The notes below the pieces were generated by a model. That model saw nothing but the letters and a program-made list of their open reading frames with translations. It was not told the origin of the DNA and searched no databases. Both the position numbers and the translations under genes were made by a program. Positions 18,806 through 28,600 of a stretch of DNA of 32,000 nucleotides are shown in pieces. The DNA comes from Candidatus Saccharimonadota bacterium (GTDB lineage: Bacteria; Patescibacteriota; Gracilibacteria; BD1-5; UBA6164). The DNA lies in assembly GCA_965227835.1 (NCBI GenBank), contig OZ245768.1:810001-842000 (forward strand), given 5' to 3'. Each line of letters starts with the position of its first letter. The first letter of the stretch is position 1.

Positions 18806-21124
18806 ATGCAAGCAAATACTAAACAACAAGAAGCTATAGATAAAATAAACTGACCTCTTTTAATAATAGCCTGAGCATGAAGCTGAAAAACAGCTACATT
18901 GACAAAAAGAGTAGAAAATATGATATCAAACAAAAAAATAGAGCCAAGCTCTATTTTGATGGTAACTTTTACAAACAAAGCTGCGATGGAAATGAAACAA
19001 AGAGTAGCCAAAACTATGTGAGTAGAAGTACCAAGAAGTCTATTTTACTCTAGAAATTTTCCAAGTATTTGAACATTTCACTCAATATGAATATATTTTC
19101 TAAAAACAGTCCTAGATCCTAGAAATAATATATCACTAAACTCAGTTAAAGATATAGATAAATATAAGGATTATAGCAGTGAAATAAAAGAAACTCTATG
19201 ATTAAAAAAGGACTTTGTCATATACGACGAAACAGACAAAATATCAATTTTAAAATCAATAATAAAAACAGAACTAAACCTAGATGAAAAAGAATTTAGT
19301 GCAAAACAAATATCTTTTTATATAAGTAAAGCTAAAAGTGAGCTTATAAATTCAAAACTATATGGAGAAGAAGCTAATAGTTATTTAAAACAAATAGTAT
19401 TTGAAGTATACAGTAAATATGAAAAGAAACTAAAGGCAAACAATGCACTAGATTTTGATGATATATTGATAAAAACCTTAGAACTTTTAAAAATACCACC
19501 AATACTTGAATATTTTCAAGAAAAGTACAAATATATAATGGTTGATGAATACCAAGATACAAACAAACCCCAGTATGAAATAATAAAATTATTATCTTCA
19601 AAATATTTCAATTTAGCTGTGGTATGAGATGATAGTCAGTCTATATATTCATGGAGAGGAGCTAATTTACAAAATATACTAGATTTTAAAAAAGATTATA
19701 AAAATGCACTTATTATAAAACTTGAACAAAATTACAGATCAACAAAAAATATATTAAATTGAGCAAATAGTGTGATAAAAAACAATAAAAACTGAATGAA
19801 AAAAGAACTTTGGACTGAAAATGATTCTTGAGAAAAGATAAATTTAATTGAAGCTGTAAATGATAAAAATGAAGCAAAAGCTATATCTCAAATAATAAAA
19901 GAAAGAACAAATAAAGAAGAATACCCTGAATCTAAGTACTGAGATAATTTAATTCTTTACAGGACAAATTCTCAATCAAGACAAATAGAAGAAGCTCTTT
20001 TAAGTTCGAATATTCCTTATAAAATCATTTGAGGATTGAAGTTTTATGATAGAAAAGAAATAAAAGATTTAATTGCTTATTTAAAAATAATTTTTAACCC
20101 TCAAGACAATATAAGTGTAAAAAGAATTATAAATACACCTGCTAGAAAAATATGATCAAAAACAATAGAAACACTTGATAAATATTGTGATAACTTTTGA
20201 CTATCATATACAGAAATATTTGGAAATATAGAGGAGGTAGATGATTTAAAACCTTCGTCTAAAAAATCTATTTTTGATTTATATGATAATATTAAAAATT
20301 TGATTAAAAAAAGCTTTGAACTAGAAGTAGAGGAGATTATAAAAGAAGTAATAAATTCTATAAATTATGAAAAATATATAACTGAAGGTTTAAATGAAGA
20401 AGAAAAACAATCAAAACTTGATAATATACAAGAACTTATAAACCTAGCATCTCAATATAAATGATTTGGACCAAGAGAAAGTTTGGATCAATTTTTGGAA
20501 GAAATATCTCTTTTAACAGATTTAGATAGAAGCTCTCAAAAAAATGAAAAATTAGAAGATGAGAAAGATTATGTAGTTTTAATGACTATACATACATCTA
20601 AATGACTTGAACAAAAAAGGGTTTTTATAGCTTGACTTGAAGATGGGATTTTCCCCAGTTTTAGGTCTATAAACGATAATAATTCTTTAGAGGAAGAAAG
20701 AAGGCTTATGTATGTAGCTATGACTAGAGCTAAAGAGGAGCTTTATTTGACTAGAGCTAAAGAAAGATTTTATTTTGGGAGTTATGTAAGAAATTTGGAG
20801 TCTAGGTTTATATGAGAAATAGAACCTTCTTTATTAGAAGAATATAATCTTTTGGATTCATATATTTTAGAAGATCCTATATTTTCTATAAATTATGAAG
20901 AACAGCCATTAAAAACTGATAGAAATTCAAAAATAGTAAGAAAAATAGCAGATAATGATATATCAAATTTTTCTAAATGAGATAAAATATATCATCCTAA
21001 ATTTGGTAATGGTATAATAGTAATGTTGGATTGAGAGACAGCAGAAATTGCTTTTTCATGAACTTGAATAAAAAAAATGAATATTAGGATTGCACCTATT
21101 AAGAAAGTTGAAGATCAAGAATAA
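18806..21124 (+). CDS. pcrA: ATP-dependent DNA helicase, UvrD/PcrA (SF1A)
   Basis: Walker A AgAgSgKT at 18869-18892 has three TGA glycines. Also seen: [13 protein letters not shown], Ig[19 protein letters not shown], [15 protein letters not shown], [13 protein letters not shown], TIHTSKgLE and [13 protein letters not shown] stop at 21122-21124. Confidence 0.9.
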
Positions 21125-22346
21125 ATTTCTCAAATTCAAATATATCTAGAATGTTAATTTCGTTAGAACTCACATTTCAAGACTTATCAAAATAAACCAA
21201 TATTTTATTTTTATAGTTTAGTTTATTTAGAAGATTTAATTCCCTTTCAAAGTTTTCTATATTTAAATTGTGGCAAGTTTGGATAGCTAAATCATATTTT
21301 TCAATAATAAAATCTATTTCTCAAAAATTATTTTTTATATAAAACAAATATTCAAACTTTCTTAGTAAAAATAAATAAACTATATTCTCAAACCTCTGTC
21401 ATAAATTATTTTTGTTCACTAAATTGGTAAATCAAACATCATTTAGATAATACTTCTTAGAAGTTTTTTTATATTTATCATTAATTTCATTTATAAAAAA
21501 TATTTGCTTAAAATATTCTAAATAATTATATAAACTCTGCATTCATATTTTTACATTTTGTGATTTAAGTTCTCTAAAAACTTTTGTAGTACTAAATTCT
21601 TTTGTATTACTTAAGACTAACTTTTTAAATAAATATTTTATTACATATTCATTTGAAACTCAGTATCTTTCAAGTAAGTCTTTATATAAAACTATCTCAA
21701 AATATGATTTTATTAAATCATATTTTATATTTTCATCATTTATCAAAACTATTTCTGGATATGCTCAAAATTTCAAATATTCCAAAAAAGTATTTTTAAG
21801 TGTTCAAATATCTTTTAAAGTATATGTGTATCAAATACTTTTATCTTTGAAATCTAAAAATTCTTTAAAGCTTAGAGGAAATATCTTTATATCATAAGTT
21901 CTTCATCTAAATTCTGTAGATAGCTCACTTGAAAGTAGTTTTGAATTACTTCAACTTAGAAATATTTTAAAATTTTTATTAAAAATATATAAAACAGTTT
22001 TTGAAAAATTTTTTAACTCCTGGATTTCATCAAAAACAAAAAATGGTTCTATATCTGAGTTCATTTCGTAAAAATCTACCAAGAGTTCTTTGATATCAAA
22101 GTCATTGTCTAAAAGGGCTGAAAAGTCTATAAATATTATTTGTTCTAATTTAATTTTCTTTTCTTTTATAAGTTTTTGCAGAATAAGAAACATAAAATAT
22201 GTTTTTCATGATCTTCTGGATCATACAAAAGTAATTATTTTATGAAGGTTTAAAATTTCATTTGGGAAATTTATATCCCTATTTTTTATTTTCTTTGATA
22301 AAAGTTCAGATTGAAAATCTTTTATTAATTCTTTATATTTTCACAT
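21099..22346 (-). CDS. AAA_14 / DUF4143-type ATPase (COG1373-like)
   Basis: P-loop FVgSRRSgKTYF and Walker B-like FFVFDEIQ. The C-terminal part resembles DUF4143 (...gEIDFII...). Code-25 frame from ATG 22344-22346 to TAA 21099-21101. Track ORF 21951..22193 is an internal fragment. Confidence 0.7.
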
Positions 22347-22433
22347 AATAAGAAAAATATAGTGTAATTTTTCTTATTATATAAGAAAATTATAATAAAA
22401 ACAAGTTTATTTATTAAAAAAAGGGGCATAATA

Positions 22434-22474
22434 GTAAAAAATCTCCTCCTACCTTTTTCAAGGTAGGAGGAGAT
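22434..22474 (-). terminator. strong GC-rich intrinsic terminator directly after the TGA of the LemA gene
   Basis: The minus strand reads atctcctcctacct-tgaaaa-aggtaggaggagat followed by tttttt. It has a 14-bp perfect stem. Confidence 0.8.
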
Positions 22475-22504
22475 ATAGATTATTAATTTGTCATAATTAA
22501 GTAC

Positions 22505-23062
22505 TCAGTTTGAGGAGGTTCCAAAGGTATCAGGAGAAGTCATGGTACCAGTTGAAAAATCCCTTTTAGCATCAGCTGTTTTAAGTACAGTCATATAATT
22601 GGTAATGTCCTCTGAAGAGTAACCAAGAATAGATGCAAAAATTACACCGGGAAATTTTCGTAACTTTGTTTTATAAATACGACCAAGATCAATTAAGGTA
22701 GTTTGATTAGATTCAAAACGGCTGAATTCAATATCAACAATCTGCTGAATCTTGGTGAAAACCTCTGGTTTAATTTCTGGATTTTGTTCTTGAATCCAGA
22801 GCATTGCACCTTTGGCTCCACCTCCACCATAACGAGTACCAATAGCGGCTTCTATACCACGAACAACTTGATCAGAGTATGTATTAGCAACTAAACCAGC
22901 CTGTTCAATTTTGACTCGAATTGAGCTATAAACCTGCTGGTTATCCTCAGATTTAGCGATTATTTGCTCTTGTAGACTAATCATACTATTATTGTAATTA
23001 AAGACCAAAATTGCTAATAAAACTAAAACTGCGGTTGGAATAATAAACTTTAGATTTTTCAT
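22505..23062 (-). CDS. lemA: LemA-family membrane protein, ends on TGA (formal code-25 read-through would run to TAA 22325-22327)
   Basis: N-terminal TM helix, then YNNSMISLQEQI... and a C-terminal EQNPEIKPEVFTKIQQIVDIEFSRFESNQTTLIDLGRIYKTKLRKFPGVIFASILGY, which matches the LemA pattern (E.YP.LKa..f..Lq..l...E..i...R..YN..v..yN.....FP). AGGAG SD lies inside the end of the upstream gene. No in-frame TGA. Confidence 0.7.
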   Translation of the reverse strand: MKNLKFIIPTAVLVLLAILVFNYNNSMISLQEQIIAKSEDNQQVYSSIRVKIEQAGLVANTYSDQVVRGIEAAIGTRYGGGGAKGAMLWIQEQNPEIKPEVFTKIQQIVDIEFSRFESNQTTLIDLGRIYKTKLRKFPGVIFASILGYSSEDITNYMTVLKTADAKRDFSTGTMTSPDTFGTSSN

Positions 23063-23065
23063 AGT

Positions 23066-24418
23066 TTAACTCCTGTAAAAACCATATTTACGAGTTTGAT
23101 TATTTTCTATAACTTGACTAGTTACAAAAACAACCGTACCCACCATAATCCACACAAGTAATATTGCCCACCAAGGCATTTCGATATCATGTAAAAGATG
23201 CTCAAGTTCGTCCATAGGAACACGCTTGAAATAATTTTCTATATGATTAACGAAAAGAGAAACAAATGCTTGAGGATCAGAAACATTTGCCTGAGTTTCG
23301 ATAGCGTCACGTAATTTTACACGAAGTTCTTCATTTCCATGAAAAATCATAACACCAGCCCACTCTACATTGGGGAAATCATTAGTACCTAAAACAAGAA
23401 CAACATCATTCTTTTTCCCATAGGTCCAATCTTCTTCAAGGGCATGTAAGAAACCACGATCAGTAGTTCCAACTACATAAACTAAAAGATTGACTTGTTT
23501 TTCTGCACCAAGAGAAGCAAGAGATTGATCAAGCTGTTTATCAACTGTATTAATCCAGTTTTGTGATACGTTTGTTTCAGATACAAGTACCCTAGAGATT
23601 TCAATTTTACCAAATTCTCCTTCTTCTACATTGGGATATTGGATAAGATAGTCTACATAGGCACTAGTAGTTCCAGATCTTCTCTGAAGAGATTTACTTG
23701 CTTTCAGATAGTTAACATATTGATGTGGTACAGCAGTAGGAACCATAGCTTCCAAATTGCCTTGCCATTTAGTAACATATTTGTCACCATCACCAAAACT
23801 AACTTGATTAATGCGTGTCAAATCTTCTTCTTTCTCGTTGCCAAACTGTGATACATATTGTCTATAGTTTGAACTTGAGATAGAAATTACCTCTCCATTT
23901 GATGTAATTATTTTCCACTCAGGTGGATGGTAATCGTGTCGGGTTCTTAATACTGAAGTACAAGAGGTACTATTTCCTGTACCTGTACATTGCTGTTCAG
24001 TGTAAGTTACTTCTTCAGTCCACTCCTCATAGTATTCAGCTTTAGATACACTTCCATTCCAAATCTCAAAGTCTTGTAAACCTGAAGACCAAAAAAGAAA
24101 TGAACCAAAACAACCAATAGTCACAATTAAACTTATGAAAATTTGAAAAGGAAGTTCAATCCAGGTAAATTCTTGGGGATTACGAAATTTTCTCCATAAT
24201 CCATAGGAAATACCTGATATAGCAATAAGCCAAAAATTCATATTATGACTCATTACTGTAGAGAGTTTATCAAGCAAACCAGGATTAAATAACAGGTATG
24301 CTGTTGAAAGAATAGCACCTAATAAACAAAGTCCTGCAAGTGCCATGATAGCCTTAGCTCCTATATCAGACCAATTGAGTTGTCTAACATAGGATGTAAA
24401 TCTATTTTCTGATAACAT
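23066..24418 (-). CDS. 450-aa membrane protein of unknown function (about 4 N-terminal TM helices, large soluble domain, C-terminal TM helix)
   Basis: Intact in the standard code with no TGA at all. 15 Trp codons are all TGG, and about 30 Gly codons are all GGN. AGGAGA SD at 24424-24429, TAA stop. Visibly higher GC, and it uses CGN Arg codons unlike its neighbours. Confidence 0.8.
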   Translation of the reverse strand: MLSENRFTSYVRQLNWSDIGAKAIMALAGLCLLGAILSTAYLLFNPGLLDKLSTVMSHNMNFWLIAISGISYGLWRKFRNPQEFTWIELPFQIFISLIVTIGCFGSFLFWSSGLQDFEIWNGSVSKAEYYEEWTEEVTYTEQQCTGTGNSTSCTSVLRTRHDYHPPEWKIITSNGEVISISSSNYRQYVSQFGNEKEEDLTRINQVSFGDGDKYVTKWQGNLEAMVPTAVPHQYVNYLKASKSLQRRSGTTSAYVDYLIQYPNVEEGEFGKIEISRVLVSETNVSQNWINTVDKQLDQSLASLGAEKQVNLLVYVVGTTDRGFLHALEEDWTYGKKNDVVLVLGTNDFPNVEWAGVMIFHGNEELRVKLRDAIETQANVSDPQAFVSLFVNHIENYFKRVPMDELEHLLHDIEMPWWAILLVWIMVGTVVFVTSQVIENNQTRKYGFYRS

Positions 24419-24508
24419 AAAGTCTCCTATAGTGAGTTGATCAATTTTATCTAATCAAGTAGTTTAAATTGTATGATTAGATATAATTAATTCAGTTTAT
24501 AACAAATT

Positions 24509-24537
24509 ATTTTAACGAACATACTCTACAATAACAA
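24509..24537 (-). promoter_or_regulatory. possible promoter of the membrane-protein/LemA operon
   Basis: The minus strand reads TTGTTA-17 nt-TAAAAT (-35 at 24532-24537, -10 at 24509-24514). A 10-bp inverted repeat tatctaatca/tgattagata (24448-24457 / 24474-24483) lies in the 5' UTR. Confidence 0.3.
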
Positions 24538-24842
24538 AACATGAAGTAAAGTTACATAAAGATAACATTTATAATAATAATTTTAACATAAATGTCAAAT
24601 TTATTTTTAAAATTCACACATAGAGTGTATAATACATAATGTGCATAGATGGAGATATCCAATGAATAAATTTATTCTAATAGTGTTAGATATCTTTTAT
24701 TGATGAAATTATGAATTTAAATCCTATTGATGCTGCATAATATCTTATAGTTATGGGCTAATACCAAAAATGTTGCTCAAATTTGCATTATTAAAATATA
24801 TATGATTTAATTATTATAACTTTATATTTTAATTTAAATTAT

Positions 24843-25640
24843 ATGCCTCTAAATGAAAATTTTAACATTATTGAAAACAAAAAGAATTTACTACAAGACA
24901 ATATTTATTTTGGTAATGCTAGAGATTCTTTAATCGAAGGAAGAAGTGATTTATCAAAAGATGAAATTGATGAAATTATGAATATGAATCCTATTAATGC
25001 TACAGAATATCTTAGAAGCATGAATGCTAGAGATTCCTTGATAGAAGGAAGAAATGACCTGTCAAAAGATGAAATTGATGAAATTATGAATATGAATCCT
25101 ATTAATGCTACAGAATATCTTAGAAGTATGAATGCTAGAGATTCCTTGATAGAAGGAAGAAATGACCTGTCAAAAGATGAAATTGATGAAATTATAAATA
25201 TGAATCCTATTAATGCTGCAGAATATCTTAGAAGCATGAATGTTAGAGATTCTTTAATCGAAGGAAGAAATGATCTGTCAAAAGATGAAATTGATGAAAT
25301 TATGAATTTACATCCAAGAGAAGCTATTGAAGAATTACTTGGAGAATATTACATAGTTCAGCCTTGAGATTCTTTATGGAAAATAGTAAAAAAAAGATTA
25401 TGAAAATCAGATATTTCTGATTCGGAAATTGTTAAAGAAATAAATTTTTTAGTACACTTAAATCCACATTTAAACATAGATACTCTTAGAGTTGTTAATT
25501 GAGTATTAGAAAATTGAAAAGACTGAATACCTTGAGATTTAATTTTTCCATGAGATAAAATTAAACTAACTTGAACTTCAGATGATATAAAATCATATTC
25601 TAATCATCAATTAAATAATTTAAGAAATGAAATTAAATAG
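24843..25640 (+). CDS. LysM-domain protein with four N-terminal 36-aa tandem repeats
   Basis: The track ORF 24843..25367 continues through TGA: YIVQPgDSLWKIVKKRLg...IVKEINFLVHLNP is a LysM signature (Y.V..GD(S/T)LW.IA). TAG stop at 25638-25640. Confidence 0.75.
24915..25340 (+). repeat. about 3.9 x 108-bp in-frame tandem repeat (NARDSLIEGRNDLSKDEIDEIMNMNPINATEYLRSM)
   Basis: Units at 24915-25022, 25023-25130 and 25131-25238, with a diverged unit from 25239 on. The inner two units are nearly identical. The outer two share the tctttaatcgaagg variant. Confidence 0.9.
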
Positions 25641-25649
25641 TATTATCCT

Positions 25650-28600
25650 CTACCTAATAACATAAGAAGTATCTAGTCTAAAAAGAAGCTCTCAAATAAC
25701 TTCGCTAGAATTACTATCTGCAATTTCTAAAAGAATATAGTCTCAATAACTAGAATAATTGATATTATAATCACTAGAATTTGGTATAGATATCCTAGAA
25801 TCTTTTAGTATAGAAAATACAGGTTTTTTCAAAGAATCTGTTTTTTTATAAATAGCCAAACTTCACGGATTATATTCTACAATATCTGGAAGTTTATAAT
25901 AATCAAAACTATCCGAAACAAACTTGAAATATAATCAAGAAGTTGTTATATCATCAAAATCATCTATTACAGCTATATTGCTATCTGTTTCTCAAAACTT
26001 TAATTCTTGAGAAAATACAGGATTCCCAGATAAATCAGAAACTATAAATTCTAAGAAACTATCTTCATTTATAGAAACATCTACACTATAGGAAGGATCA
26101 GAAATAATTATTTTTCAAGTATTTTCATTTATACTAAAAGCTAAATTGTCTTCTACACTAACATCAACTAAATTACTAACCTCATTATTTAAACTAAAAT
26201 CAAAATCTCAAGAATAAGTATCCACTTTTGTAGTACCACTTGAAGTTTCAAGTCTTTTAATCACTCATCATCTAAATCTATATAAATTTATAGGCTCTCA
26301 AGATAAAGACTCATTTATAAATCAAGAAACTTCAGAACCAGAATAAGAAGATATTTCCGGTATAGGAGTATATACCTCAAAATCTATATCTTTAGAATTA
26401 GTATTTCAATTTAAATCTGTGATAACAAATTTAATCTTTTTACTAAATATATCTTCAAATTCACCAAAATTAACTCTCAAACTATTTTCAGTTTTTCTAA
26501 CTTCATATTTATCCTCATCAATTCATTCTATAACAAAACTAGATATATTAGAAATTCCAGTATCCTCATATACATTATCGGTTAAATCAACAAGTTTTTG
26601 TGAATAAACAGGTACTTTAATTTTACTATTAATATCTATTTCAGGAGCATATTTATCGGCAGCTTTTTGTGGAGAAAGAAGAACTCAAAGTGTTTTTGTA
26701 GAGAATACATTTTGTTTGAATCATGAAAGCCTAGAATAGAAATAATCATTTTGTGTATCTAGGTTTATAGAATATCTATCAGATTTTAATCCTAAATCAT
26801 ACAAAATATAAGATTTTATCTTTCTAAAATCAAGCCTTGATTCACTATCATCATAATATCTTATTCAAATATTACTTGATGTGGAAGTATCAAAAGAAGA
26901 GTTTATTTTTATTTCTGAACCAAAAAATATAGGTTTACCTAAATGACTATTAATTTCATTTCATTCTAATGTAATATCATCCAAAGCAGGGACATAAGCA
27001 TCTCAGGAAATTCAAATAACTTTTATATAATTATCAAACTCTATATTTGTGTGAGCTTCTATTTTTAAGTTATTTGAAACTTGTGAATCTCAAACTAGAT
27101 AGGTAATTTCAGTAGAATTATCTCAAGCATATATCCTAGTAGAAGCAGGTATATTAGCTATAGAAAGTTCACTTATACTATCCTTTATATTTTGAAGTCT
27201 TTTAGTTTTTAATCTAACTCAAGGTATATTATCTCAAACACTGTAAACATATGCCAAGTTTTTTCTTTTTACAATTCATCAAGTATTATAAATAGTAGAG
27301 TTATCATCACTAGAAACAAAAGAATCTACTATGCTAAGTTTTATATCCCCAGGTATATATCAAGGATTATCTTCATTTAAATATTTGTCTATTCTATCAT
27401 AGTATTCAAGTCTATAGTTAGAAATCTCATTATTTCTCAAAGCTGAAAAACCTAAATTTAGAAAACTATCTGAAACTACACTCTCCCTTACATTATTTGG
27501 ACTTTCATAAAAAATATCTCCGTTTAAAAATCTATTTGAATCAGAATCAAGTATTAAAACATCAGAATAATAAATTCAATCTTCTGATTCTGTTAAATTT
27601 TCTTTTAAATATAAATCCTCTTCAACAGAGTATAGAATGTCTAAATCAGAATCTAGATCAATGTCTATAGATGTAATAGTTTCATCTCCACTTAATTCAT
27701 CTAAATAATCAAATAATTTGTAGTTTATTTTTGTGTCTCATTCTTCCTGTATTACATAAATTCATTCATATTTTCTCTGATAACTAGAATTTTTTGCCTG
27801 ACAGCTACCTCCACTAGAACCTGATGAGTTTAGAGATGCTAGATATTTACCTGTATCTGATGAAGCTAAATAGTTATTTTCATTTTTAGCATTTTTAATA
27901 CTTCTATAACTTCTTTTTGAATAATTATTTGTATTTGAGGATGCACTTAAATCATTTTCATATATAAGACCGGCATTATTTTTGAAATCTCTAATTATAT
28001 ATTCTCAATCTTCTTTTAGTTTCTTGCTATCCATATATTTAGGATTTACTAAAGACTTAGCTCTATTTTTAAAGTTATCGCTGTATTTATCAAAAGCTGA
28101 ATTATAAGCTTCTATATGGTTAAAATTATCATTTGATATCATTTTATATGAAGACTCTTTTTTTATTTCTTTCAAATCATTTTTCATCTCATCTGTTTTT
28201 TTTATTTCTTTTTTTATTATAGATTTAAGTATTTCAAATTTTTCTAGGTTTTCTTGTTTTAAATCTCTTATAATTTTGTCTTCCTTTGAATAAGTATATC
28301 TATTAACAGTATCAAAAGTATTTCTAAACTCTCTAAATCTAGGATCTTTTATTATACTATCTTTTACTAATTCTTGGTTTATAAGAGATAGTAAAGATGC
28401 ACTCGTTAAAGTATCTTTTGAATTTGTGTCTATATATTTGGTTAAAATATTAAATCATTTAGAAACATAGTTTGCAAAAAGCTCTCACAAAATAAGAGAA
28501 GTTTCTCCTCAGTTTCAAAGTTCTATATTTGCATCTTTTCATTCAACTGAACCAAAAGGTTCCATATCAGGAAGTTTAAAATTTAGTGCATTGGTAAAAT

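Noticed and set aside
22703-23851. Plus-strand track ORFs 22703..22894 and 23639..23851 inside the LemA cassette.
   Set aside because: They are antisense to two long intact ORFs with SDs and recognisable LemA motifs. They have no RBS and no motifs.
24915-25340. CRISPR array or DGR template/variable repeat as an explanation of the tandem repeats here (and at 357-452 and 15855-16090).
   Set aside because: The repeats are directly adjacent with no spacers, are in frame with coding sequence, and are multiples of 3 (108, 24 and 42 bp). Differences between copies are not adenine-specific, and there is no reverse transcriptase or cas gene in the window.
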